A DNA stretch of 60,820 bases, the filler included, from Dirinaria sp. TL-2023a (taxonomy: Eukaryota), in the NCBI GenBank assembly GCA_051941275.1. It is 9 parts of 9 records of this genome, joined end to end, with 100 filler letters (N's around TTAATTAATTAA, not from the genome) between each part and the next. Parts side by side here need not be neighbours in the genome. Positions count along the whole stretch, not along the records: positions 33,896 to 40,561 come from JAVEBF010001440.1; positions 40,662 to 47,318 come from JAVEBF010001441.1; positions 47,419 to 54,070 come from JAVEBF010001442.1; 6 more parts are not named here. One strand, written 5' to 3'. The translations under genes were made by a program, and so were the position numbers. This document shows, piece by piece, positions 36,190-48,063 of this stretch. The notes under the pieces were generated by a model. That model saw only the letters and a list, made by a program, of their open reading frames with translations, made no database searches and had not been told where the DNA came from. The stretch's first letter is position 1. Each line of letters starts with the position of its first letter.

Positions 36190-39092
36190 GGCGATTGCGG
36201 CACCGCGGACGATCCAGGTCCTCAAGCGAGACAATGCGCAAGTTTTGCTATTAAGTATGCTACTGTGACCAAGGCGCTCGCTTCACCTTGCCCGGGTACA
36301 ATGTCGAAATGGTGCATTGGTCCGCAGCCGGATGAGAGCTGCAAGGCAGATAATAATGAGATGGAAGGAGAATCTGTGTACCACACATACCTCGATTTGG
36401 GGATGTACACGGACTCCCCACACAATGGATCGAGCCATCTCCTTCCCACATTCGGACAAGCTTGCGAGGCGGAAAGAGCGTGGGATAGCAAGTCACATTA
36501 AAATGCAACTTAGGCCATTCTTCACTTAGCGCTGCCGATCTAAAGATATAGATTAGGTGCATACATGAAGAAATGACGTACTCAAAATCCCTTGCCGTCT
36601 ATCCGAGCTTGACGATCCAATCCTGACGAGATCAGGTCGAAATGATAGACGGTGAAAAATGATAAGGGGACGGCCATTCCCAGGCGAGCTTCTCTTGCCT
36701 CACCAAATGTCCGATCGGAGAAGGTCTAGCGTGCCAGATGAGAGCGCAGGCTCAAGAATCGCGGCGCATATCGGCTGGAAGCGACAGCGCAGATGGTATC
36801 AACGAGGACTTTGAACAATTAGTCGTCAGCTCAGTCAATCTTCGTGAATCTTCTTGAGCTACTCTACCAGCAGCGCGAGAGTACAGCAAGCTTCAGTCGA
36901 TTCATTCAGATCAGCGACAAGCAGGAAGAGTGTCAACATGCGGCTATGCTCTGACATACTTTGTTGGCATATATCAGATGGCTCTCTTTAGAAATGGACT
37001 GACGGACCATTGAAGAAGCAACGCCTAGAGTAGCAAGTGGTGGTGGGGCACACAGTTCAAAAGTACCATTGCCTGAATGCCAATCCAGCCATAGAACCCA
37101 TAATCTCTCAATCAGAATGGTCTAGCTCTCCCTCGCAGGTCTACTCGTTCTAGAACCCTGGTGGTCAAACCTTCAAAGCAGACAATAGTATTATTAATCA
37201 CGGAGCATCAATTACCCATTATCCCCCATGGCGTTACTGCCATCACTCCACATAAGGCACCTGTCCCCGAACGCCCTGATGACTAAGAACGGTTCGGGAT
37301 CGGACGGAGAAGGGCCGAGGGAGCTGGTGCTCTTAGAAACCGACTGTATGCGACCGACGAAAAGACCTCTGGAAACATGGTGAGGTATGACGGAACAATC
37401 CACGGCTGCCCATTACAGGGATTCGAAATGCACAGTATTTGCAATCAAAGTTTAAGGCACAGGGCCGTGCGCGGCGACGACGTAAACCAGGCCAGACTGG
37501 CACATTCAGGTCGACATGTCTGATCGACGAGTACTTGATGAATGGCAGGAATCGAATAGACCCTCCTAATCGAGGTTATTTCGTGGGGGATTCCGAAGGA
37601 GTTGCGCGGATCAGGTGACGATAAGATCTCATTCAATCTTCCTTGGAGCTATGGACTGTCTCCTGGCCTGTTTTTCCTTTTTCTCTTCTCTCTTATATCA
37701 TATCTCCGCGATTTATTCTCTGGCCGAATTGAGGGTCAGATGTTTCTGCCTTTGTCGTGTCGTCCTGATTGATAAGGTGGTATCGAACCAACTTCTTACT
37801 ACTTGCCGCACGATGGAAATGCAGTTTACGGACAGCATGCATTTAATAGCGATCTATGTTACTATCATCGCACATGCAAAGCTCGATGAGCCGCAAACGC
37901 ATGGCACGTTTGATGCTGCATCAATGAGAGCAGATGAGGTGCGCGGTGCAGTCAGCGGTTTTATAGTTCATATGCTCGCCCCTACCGAGATTTGTCCTCA
38001 GTACTTGCTCTCCTGTCTTGGCTGATGTCTTGGCTGACAGTATCGAGGGAAAGCTCAGTTATTGGCAGACTGCGACCCATCGAATACCCATATGTATGTT
38101 GTTTCACGCCAAGCTTTCCGGCTGAACGAGAAGGGCTCAATCGTGCCAAAAAGATGCTCATTTTGTGCCAAGGTTGATGGGACATAAGAATGTCGCTGTC
38201 GAGCTACTTACACCGAGATCACTGCACAGCCACAAGTTGAGACATGTGGTGGATCATGGAAACTTGGGAAAATCTGTGAGCTTGACACAGGGCCAAGTCT
38301 AGAGTGCCCATGCTACAACAACAGCCGTCTTCGCAATGGCCAGCTAGCGTAGACAATTCCACGGCTACGCACACTGTTCGAACAACTCTGCTTTGCGGCT
38401 GGGGAAATATTCTATATCGAGACAGACTCAAGCAATCATTCTGTCCCGCCCCTGATTGATTTTCTTGGTACATCACATGATGAGGTGAGCGCTGCAACAC
38501 ACCATTCTTGGGGCGTAAGCTGACATTCTGAAATTGCAGGACAGTACTCTATGAGTGATGTGAAGACGATCGAGCAATATCGCGATTTGTACTAAAGCAA
38601 CGGAAGGCACAGCACTACGCTAGCACGGCTTGGTACCTGACCTTATTGTGTGGCTAGGAGCCTAGGACTGTAGGACATGCTCTGTCCGCCGCTAATCCCG
38701 ATATGGTGCAACGCTGCGCTCCGATCATAAGGTAGAACATAAAGCCTGACTGCCTTGACCAATCCATAGCCACGCGTGCACCGCTGCAATTTCGATAATT
38801 ACCGGGATGGCGTTCACCGCTCGTCATTTCCCAGCAGCAGGCAGAATCAGGCCAATTCTGCCTTGATCACGGCCAGGGACCGCTGACAATTGAGTATAAG
38901 TAGTCTAACATACTGAGCCACGGCCCTGCAATTTACATCATGGGTTGGAAATCAGCTCTTTTCTCTAACCTAGATAGATAGTACAAGGTTCTGAGGGACC
39001 ATATAAGCTGAAGCATTCCCAACCTTTCTAAAAAGTTGATCCAAGTATTGAGCTCTCCTGCTCTACGGTCTATTGTTTCTACGCGTTGCAAT

Positions 39093-40561
39093 ATGCGCAC
39101 CTTACTGATTCTCTTCCAATTGGCTGCGCTGGTCACCAGTACAGCACCTCCAGCTCTGCTCGGGCCCAGCTACCCAGCACCGATCGACCTCACCAGCAAT
39201 TGCAGTCTTATTCCTCAAGCATGGTCCAATTTCACCGCGACCATTAGCTCCTACATCCAGAAAAACCAGACAGTTGAAGGGCTCGTGCCCAATCTAGGCT
39301 CGTACTCGTTCTCCGTAGGAGGCTTCTCCATCTATGACGAGAATGCAGTCAAATCCTTACAGTACCACCACACTGGCCCCGACGTCAATCTACCAGTCAA
39401 CGTGGATAGCGTATACCGGGCGGAGAGCATCAGCAAGGTTTTCGTTGTCTATTTAGCATTGATTGAAATTGGAAGTGCATACTGGGACCGACCGATCACA
39501 GACTTCGTACCCTATCTTGCCGCCTTTGCCAACCGGACAGCACAAAACCCCATCGAGGTCGTAGACTGGAAAAGCGTGACACTAGGTGCTCTTGCAGGAC
39601 AGATCGCAGGCATACCCCGGGACTCGGCCTTTCTGAATTCAGACCTCCTCCTGACACTTGCGACGACCGGTGGTAATCCGACAGCGCTGGGATTTCCTCC
39701 TGTGAACCAGAGCGACGCCGAAACAGTTGATCCGTGCATCAATTTTATCAATGCGACCAGCTTCTCATGCCCAGAGAATACATACCTCAACGCCTTAACC
39801 CAAAGGTCTCCAGTCTTCTCGCCGTGGACGACGCCGATCTACACCAACGGCGGCTTTGACCTGCTAGCTTTCGCAGTGGAGAACATTACCGGCCGCACAT
39901 TCGAGAGCATGTACCAGGACGACATGTTCAACCCATTAGGAATGACCTCGACAGGTACCAAAAAACCGATCAACCTCACGCACGCCGTGATACCGGGCGG
40001 GAAATCGAGTACCGCAGGCAGCAGTTTCGGGCTCGAAAGCACGGACACCCAATCCGGCTCGATCTTCTCGAGCACCAACGACCTCGCCAAATTCGGCCGT
40101 TCCATCCTCAACAGCACCCTGATCGATCCGCTCGAAACGCGCAAATGGCTGAAACCGATCGCGCACACCAACTCGCTCGAGTTCTCCGTCGGGCGGCCCT
40201 GGGAAATCTTCCGCGTCACCCAGCCCCTCACAGGGAAAATCACCGACCTGTACACCAAAGAGGGCGATGGGCCGGGATACAGCTCGTACCTGATCCTCTC
40301 GCCCGACCACGGCGCCGGCTTCAGCATCCTCATCTCCGCCAGCAACGCCAGCACCGTGTTCGCCAACACGGTCGTCGCCGACGCGCTGACCACGGCCCTG
40401 GTGCCCGCGCTCGAAGCCCAAGCCGCGGCCGAAGCGCGCCGCCACTTCGCGGGGACCTACGTCTCCAGCTCCCACCCGACCCTCAACTCCTCCCTCACCC
40501 TGGCCGTCGATCCCGCATACGGCTCCGGCCTCAAAGTCACGTCCTGGATCAGCAATGGCAC
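39093..40561 (+). CDS. Secreted beta-lactamase-family serine hydrolase (3' end truncated)
   Basis: Signal peptide MRTLLILFQLAALVTS; LLGPSYPAP; SxxK (SISK), YxN (YTN), PLGM, GRPWEI and YTKEGD. Confidence 0.9.
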
Positions 40562-40661
40562 NNNNNNNNNNNNNNNNNNNNNNNNNNNNNNNNNNNNNNN
40601 NNNNNTTAATTAATTAANNNNNNNNNNNNNNNNNNNNNNNNNNNNNNNNNNNNNNNNNNNN
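40562..40661. other. Artificial contig linker
   Basis: N44-TTAATTAATTAA-N44. Confidence 0.98.
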
Positions 40662-40758
40662 TGATGGCCAACCCAAGGTGAGGCCCATGGTGACCTAAAT
40701 ACACACTGCCAAGCCAACTGCCAAAACCTCACTGCTCATGCTGCTAACCGAATTGGGA

Positions 40759-40896
40759 TAGGCCTTGACGATATGCGATATGCGCAAGTTGCTTTGAGAG
40801 CATTGCTTTGCAATCATTGCTTGGAAATCCAATGCTTGGAAATCAATGCTTTGAAATGAACAAAGCATTGCTTAAAAATCAACAATGCATTGACCT
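40759..40896. repeat. Cluster of short CAATGCTT/AAGCATTG repeats in both orientations; possible MITE or DNA-transposon end
   Basis: About 7 variant copies of GCATTG/CAATGC/TTGCTT within 140 bp, bounded by TAGG...CCTA; no TSD found. Confidence 0.4.
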
Positions 40897-40954
40897 AGAT
40901 GACAATGTCAGCAACGCACCCGGTAGGCATCTAGACACTTCCCCCTAGCCCTGC

Positions 40955-41583
40955 TAGACACTTGAGAGCGAAGTTTTCTCTTCAAAACGCCAACACCGAC
41001 ACTGCCATTTCGTTCTGGAGAGATTTGATGCTTGCTCAGTATTGACGTCGTAAATGCTAGCTTTGTAAATGATCAGTCGTCTAACCCAGTAAATCCACGG
41101 TAATCGAAGAAGACGGACTTCGTGTAACGCCTCTTCCATCGATAGCTTAGAGGAAGACTCGTGCTCCAGACGCTCGGCCTGTTGCCTGTCCGACACGAAG
41201 ATGATGTAGCGATCCATCATCGGGATAGCAAATGGCTTGCCTTGGCACTGAACGACTAAGATTCAGCCTTTTGCGATACAGAGCTGGGCCTCTCCTACCG
41301 AATCGTAGACCTTCTGAAGTACTGTCTCGGAGTCGTAGATCATTCGAATTGCTGTTAGCCACCTACCAAACAGCGTTGGATAAGCAACTATCCTAACATT
41401 TGACTGGAGAAGCAATCAGAATCCAGAATTAGAATGAGGGTCTGGGACAAGTACAGGAGCCTTCCACCAGAATGTCCAGATTAATCTCCGGACCTCCCAG
41501 GCTAGGAAGAAGAATAAAATATAGTGCCATTGCCACTTAATCTGGATTGCCTGCAGCAACACGAGCGGTATATGCATCGCCAT
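40955..41583 (-). pseudogene. Truncated cytochrome P450 (ent-kaurene-oxidase-like N-terminus)
   Basis: Four exons splice in frame: TM anchor...WWKAP | SNVRIVAYPTLFGRWLTAIR...QKVYDS | CQGKPFAIPMMDRYIIFVSD...LSMEEALHE | LAFTT...VLKRKLRSQV. P450-like sequence then stops. Confidence 0.65.
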
Positions 41584-42290
41584 AATAAACAATTCAATGC
41601 CGAAGCGAACGGTATTAGCCAGCAGTCTATAAGAAAATATAAGCACAAATCAACGATTCATGGACTTCGTCCTGGGTTTTGCGTCTTATGGCATCAACAG
41701 ACTCAACACAAGTAGCTTTGGAGGCATTCGCCTTAATTTATCGTGCTGTATGCCCAACCTTTGCTTAATGTAGACTACTCTCATGACTAGATTTTACTAG
41801 TTTAGTAATGATTCGCGTTGTGATTAGGTAGCCGCATGATGCAAGAAACTGGCTGAGTGAACATTCATCCGAGTTTGCTGCCTAAAGGATGATCGTTGTC
41901 CAATCGAAAGCCACATAGATTTGATCGGGAAATAAGGCGGGCTCGTTCTGTGGGTACTGGGCGTACTGTGCAGCTAACCCCATCCTGTCGTCGGTCACCC
42001 TTTGCTGCATGAAGGTGTGGCTACAGTTGCAATGTGCAATTTAGGGAAAGGGTTTCCTCCGCTGCAGCGTACTTTGCCTCAAAATTGATTTCCTATCGAT
42101 GCGGCCCAGTATTCTTGCATGTCCGACGCAATCAGCTGCCACTTTCTAAGTCTAAGATCTGGATCGGCTATAGGGTCGAGTCCTGTCCCTCTTCTCTTCT
42201 ACGCATGCCTCAGACGCCAGCACACACACATTATCCTCTCCTACATCTCTGAGTATTCTCAGTCTCTTATCGATTGTATGAACAGCCACC

Positions 42291-43757
42291 ATGTCTAATA
42301 TTGTTGACCCCAAAGCTATTGAACAGCTTCCCCCCAGCGTACTACGAACAATACCGGCTGGAACTCCACCTTCGAACGTTCAGCCCAACTTCATACACCC
42401 GCCGACTCTGGTCCCTGCTATTCTGGGCGTTGGCGCATCTTTTCTCGCCTTGGCTCTCTTTTGCTTCCTGATCCGTCTTTGGACGAAGCTTACCATCACT
42501 AAGAAGTTTAGTTGGGACGATCGTGAGTACAATTCGTCCATTCCGTTCGATGTGATAGATCTTGGCTAAAAAATTCTTCCTAGTAACTTGTACCTTGGGT
42601 TTCGTGAGTTATATCTCTTCAAAATACTCGTTGTCCTACCAGATCAGTCTCTCAATATCTGCAGCTATTCGCATTGACCATGTATGCCGGAATAATCTTG
42701 GGTCAGAGGTCTCCTCCCCTTTGCCTTCCCATCAATTTGCTGATCGAGCACGAAGGATGCGACAAGGGTGCACTGGGCAGACACGCTTGGGATGTCCATT
42801 TGAACCAGGCTCTTGGTCAGCCCAGCCTCGTCGTATGTACAGCTAAAACCTATCCCAAGATGGTCTGTGCTCAGGGAACTTAGACAGATTACATCACCAC
42901 TGTCATGGCTGTTCCGTCCCTTGGTCTGATCAAGTCAACTCTCTTTATTCAGTATTACGCGATATTCTGGCCTTTGCGGTGGGTCCGGGTCAGTGTATGG
43001 ATAGGTGCCTCTCTTTCGACACTCTTCTACACCACAATTTCTATCGTTGCATTTGTCCTGAACAGTCCCTAGCCAGGGGAATCCATGCTGGACGGCATCT
43101 TGTCGTGGCACTACAATGCATTTGCCCGATTTTCCATCCCTATTGGCGTCATTGGCATGTTAGTCGACATATGCCTCCTTGTTCTTCCTATTAAAGCAGT
43201 ATCCACTCTGAATATGCGTACTGCTAAGAAAATTGGTCTTATCGTTATTTTCTTGACTGGGACTCTGTAAGGACCTGGAGTTTCTCATGCACTGGTACCT
43301 TCTTTTCATATACTGACGTAGCAAAGTGCCGTCGTTGCCTCTATGACCGGTCTCTACTACCGTGTCAGACTTGAAGCGAATACTAAGGATGCTACATGGA
43401 AAGTTACCTACATTCATATCTGGGGGTATGCCTCTTCTTGAAGAGAGCAGTGCCACGGAAAGCCACAAATCCTAACAAAGTCGAAGCCAGGTTGAAACGT
43501 TCTCAGGCGTTGCGTGCTCAAGCATGCCAGCAGTCCACAAATTTTTCGCTCAGTATAACCTTTCGACTAAAGCTCTCAAATCATCCTTCCGCTACCACGT
43601 CTCGATACTTCTTAGAACCGATTCTGCGAGTCAAAGATTTTCCAACAACGATAGTCATTCGACCGTGCAAATTCTGAGCAAATCGCAAACGCCACCAGCT
43701 GGCATATATCATATGAACCGCATAGGTTCTCTAGATGAAACTTCCGTAAAAGTTTAG
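42291..43757 (+). pseudogene. Pth11-like fungal rhodopsin-domain 7TM protein with one in-frame TAG
   Basis: PAGTPPSNVQPNF, IRLWTK...SWDD, GRHAWDV, IKSTLFIQY, DICLLVLPI and SMPAV are joined by six introns; TAG at 43070-43072 in NSP*PGES. Confidence 0.8.
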
Positions 43758-45311
43758 ATGGTGGAAGCTGCGACTTTCGCTATCGGCAAAGTCACCTCCA
43801 TGTGTGAGCAGTGACATTGTGGTCAGCCTAGGGTAGGTTGCATTGGGAAAAGTGCGATACTGAACAAGGAATTTCCTAATCGGAATGATTAACTTTTTAA
43901 GATATCTCATTCACCAAGGTAGCATGGTGGCAGATCAAAGGTTCATCCAGGGTTTGAAGTAGTTAGCCAAGTGTCAAGACCGAATATTACACAGAACTGC
44001 GAATCATTCCGCTCTTATGACATGCTCGTTATCTTAAGCTGTGGTCAAATGCAATGCAGGTTGTGTGGAAAATAGTCCGACATAAAGACTGGCGAGAAGT
44101 CGAGCTGAACACCGTGTCAATGCAGCAAAAAGGATTGGGAATGTCAATCCTGATGTATTTGCCTAGCCTCAAGCAGCTTGATGCATGTGATTCTCCTTGC
44201 CGAAGTTGGGATCTGCGGAAAATGTTACACGCTAGGCTAGTGCGTGCATTTTGGTAGGTTCAGTCACTTTCCCACACATTATTTGCTAGGTTAAATTTGT
44301 TAGATTTCTTTCATGTTGTCTTTCTGGTAATCAGGTAGACACACACTTAGTGTCTATATAGGCACCTGGTTGTGCTCTTAGAAAGATCTCTTAGGTAAGT
44401 GGACTTAAATTTGTGGCTTGCAAAGCATATTCCTATAGAGGCGGTCAAACGTAGACTTTGCTAGGGATCGCACGCGAGCATGGACTACGCATGAGCTGAG
44501 CGAGACAAGGATGAAAAAGTGGGACCAATGCAAGGATGTTGCCGCGATATCCTGGGCATGAGTAAGAGAAAGGAGAGAGGTGTAAGAAGATCATCCCTTA
44601 TCGTGCCAAGAACTGTCGGATTTGAGATGTGGTTTAGTATGGTTCGGAAACCGGTGTCGGTTGTCTGATCTGTTCCAAGTGTGAATTTATGCAGTCGCTG
44701 ATCATCATTGCTCGCAAAGCATTCGCCAGTCAGCATTCCGAGTCATGCGAAATCGCGCAATCCTTGTGTCACACATGCGCTCTGTCAAAAATGATAACAT
44801 CAGAGAAGCGGACTTGGTCGAGACCCTGCATTAAAATGCATCCATGCATAAGTCCTCAGCTCTGATAACGCGGTTACACAAGCGGTTACCGCCTTGACGC
44901 CTTGACGCCTTCTTTCGGGAAACTCGGCGCCCCACATCGACCCATGCACATCACTGGCCCCGCTCCCACCTATTGCATCGATAAAAACCCCTGCTCGTGT
45001 TTCTGATGACGCGATCCTGACATATTTACTTTGCATCGAGGGGCTTCGCTTCTGTTTTCTGTAATTGCCTGCGCATGTGTATGTGCATGTGCATGTGCGG
45101 GTCGGCAGACAGCAGAACATGCCTTCAGGTATTTCCTAGAATTCCCACAGCTTTGACCGTCCTGCGCTTGATAGATGTTGCGCCCCCTTATATTTAGTAA
45201 CTAAGAAAGCATGACTAAAGGCGATCTAAAGTCACTACGCATCCGCCGCCGTCAACTTTTCTCGCTTCTCACAAAATAACCTTTAGGTACTTCAAATCAG
45301 CATCTTGAAAG

Positions 45312-47215
45312 ATGCACTGGATTTTCACCATCATGAGCGTGGGTGAGCAATCCATTAAGGTAACTTTATTAGGGGTGGTTGTTGTCATTTTCTCTCTCCT
45401 GGTCTATCGTAGTCAAAGCGCACAGCCTCAAATCAACAATTGGAATGTCACGAGTTTCGAGCGTAGTGCAATAAGCAATGTACTTGCTAAGGCGCTCCCA
45501 GACAGTGTTTTCTTTGGACCATACCCAGTTTTTGTTGAATCCATCCAGTCCTACTGGGCAATGCAGGAGCGCGATATCGTACCTCAGTGTATTGTCCGAC
45601 CACGCAGCGTTGAGGAAGTGGCTACTGCCATCGGGATTCTGCAGCGCGATTACGACGCAAAGACTCGTCAGGGTAAATTGCCCTTACTATTTGCTATAAG
45701 AAGTGGAGGACACTCTCCGATACCTGGAGCTGCGAATACTCACAATGGCATCGTCATCGATCTTCGACTTTTTAACAAGGTCGTCCCGTCAAATGACGGC
45801 ACTTCCGTAGTTATTGGAAGTGGAGCGCGATGGGGAGATGTCTCCAAAATCCTAGATAGCAGAGGTCTTGCGGTTGCTGGTGGTAGAAACTCAGCAGTTG
45901 GTGTAGGGGGTTTGACACTAGGAGGTACGAACTTCACCATCCTTTTTGATTTCACTTTTACACAGTGGACGAAGCTGGGGACTTAGTGACTTATCTAAAG
46001 CACATATTATTAGGCACAAAAGATTCTAGTTGTTCTGTAGTCTACAATTGAGCCTTGTTCGAGTCTGCATCACCGTAAGCAACCAAGCTGACTTTTGCCA
46101 GGGGGCATATCATTCTTTTCGCCCCGTGTGGGCTTTGTCTGCAACAACATACTCAGCTACGAAGTCGTGCTGGCTGACCGGACTATCGTGACTGCATCCG
46201 AAACCAGTCATGCAGGGCTTTGGCGTGCTCTCAAAGGCGGTTCTAACAACTTCGGTGTTGTGACAAGCTTTGTTGCCCGTAGCTTTCCGTCAACAAGCAT
46301 CTGGAGTGGCTTTCTTTATATGACCTCTGGAAAAGCAAATCAGGTGATTGATGCCTTCCACGACTTCACCCAAGCGAGACCTGACGTTTATGACGAGTAC
46401 GCCGCCGGGCCCTTGGTGTGTTTTTCGTATGTGCAGAAGATTGGACTCAATGTTATCTCGACGAATCTTGTATACACGAAGCCTGAAAGCTGGCCAGCCT
46501 GTTGGCGTAATTTTAAGTCAATTGGAAGGCTGTGGAGCACGGTCAAGATACGTTCTCTGACAAGTGCGACGGATGAGTTGACTAAACTCAGTCCTCCAGG
46601 ACTGCGGTGCGGGTCTCGCTCCTACAGCCGCGCGCGATGTTCTTTGCTAATTTGCTGCGTAGAGAATTATTTCTCACGACAACTGTCAAGAATGACCACG
46701 CTACGCTCATGCAAACATATGCTGCCTACAAACGGGGTGCCGAAATCATGCGCCGGGTTAAGGGTATGACTTGGACCCTTACCTTACAGCCGCTTCTTCC
46801 TGGAATGATAAAGAAAGGCCAATCCGACTCCTTGGGATTAGGCACTCGTACACAACCGCTGGTCATCGTTCTTTTTACGGTCGTTTGGAAAAATACTGCA
46901 GACGACCAGCTAGTAGACCAAACTACCCGAAGCATCATTCGCGACATCGACCAATACGCTGCGTCTAGAGGTACAGCGGACATATATCGGTATCTCAACG
47001 ATTGTGCCAGCTGGCAGAACCCATTTGATGGGTATGGTACGGAGAATAAGCGTTTTCTACAGGAAATAAGCAGGACCTATGATCCAAATGGCCTCTTCCA
47101 AAGAGCTTGCGTAGGGGGCTTCAAGCTCGATATGAACCGCATCTCTTTGAATCAGTCAACCGATGGAATACCGGAGAAGCAAATGACCGGAAGCAGTTCA
47201 CGATCTGTGTCATAG
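45312..47215 (+). CDS. FAD-linked oxidoreductase (FAD_binding_4/BBE-like), 3 exons
   Basis: PQCIVRP, FAIRSGGH, VGVGGLTLGG|GISFFS, LWRALKGGSNNFGVVT, YLND and YDPNGLFQ...GGFKL; introns 45925-46101 and 46607-46662. Confidence 0.92.
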
Positions 47216-47318
47216 GTGGGGTTCGAGCGACTGAATCATGACAGCGGCAAGGAATGACAGGCTTTAGCAGTAAACAGCGCTACGATGAATAGTGAGTTAA
47301 GCACAGACAGTTATCTAA

Positions 47319-47418
47319 NNNNNNNNNNNNNNNNNNNNNNNNNNNNNNNNNNNNNNNNNNNNTTAATTAATTAANNNNNNNNNNNNNNNNNNNNNNNNNN
47401 NNNNNNNNNNNNNNNNNN
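47319..47418. other. Artificial contig linker
   Basis: N44-TTAATTAATTAA-N44. Confidence 0.98.
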
Positions 47419-48063
47419 AAGTAAAGACACAGAGAGCAGAGAGATATTTATACTTATAATTTTCATTTTCAACACTTTGAAAATAGATACACGGAAGACT
47501 TCCGTTGCCAGTAGATTCCTTCCTTTCCCCTCTCCTCCGCACCTGAGTAGGTACCTTCCAATTCCAAGCCGACAAGAGAAAGGAAAAAGAAAGAAGGCGT
47601 GATTTAAGGTACCTAACCGTCCGGGGGACTGCAAGCAAGCATCTATCTACTGTACTGTAAATTCTCGATTCCGAGTTTCGGATTTCCCGATTTAAACCAT
47701 CACACAAAAACCACGAGTCTGATGATGAGAGAGGAAGATAAGGAGGAGTGGCGAAATTTCTGTATATTTATTTGTGTTTGAGAAGCATTATTGCTATGCA
47801 GTTACTTATAATAGGTGTGGGGGAAACAAAAAAAGAATTTTTGCTTGCGCTCGCTCCTAAAGTACAATGAGCTAGCTAACTGGGACCTATGATAAGGTAT
47901 CATGATTATCCCTTCACCGGGTATGGGGTGCGGGGATTTAAATAGAATCCTCGGCTCCATCCTCCTGTGTAGTCCATGGATCTAGGTTGCTTCCTTTCCG
48001 TCTTTCGTCCAACACTGTCATTGTCATTAGGGATAAAACCCAGCTCCAGCGTCGATGGATCTG

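Noticed and set aside
34603..47215. One large biosynthetic cluster (P450, hydrolase, P450, FAD oxidase)
   Set aside because: It spans a linker at 40562-40661, and the two contigs are not known to be adjacent.
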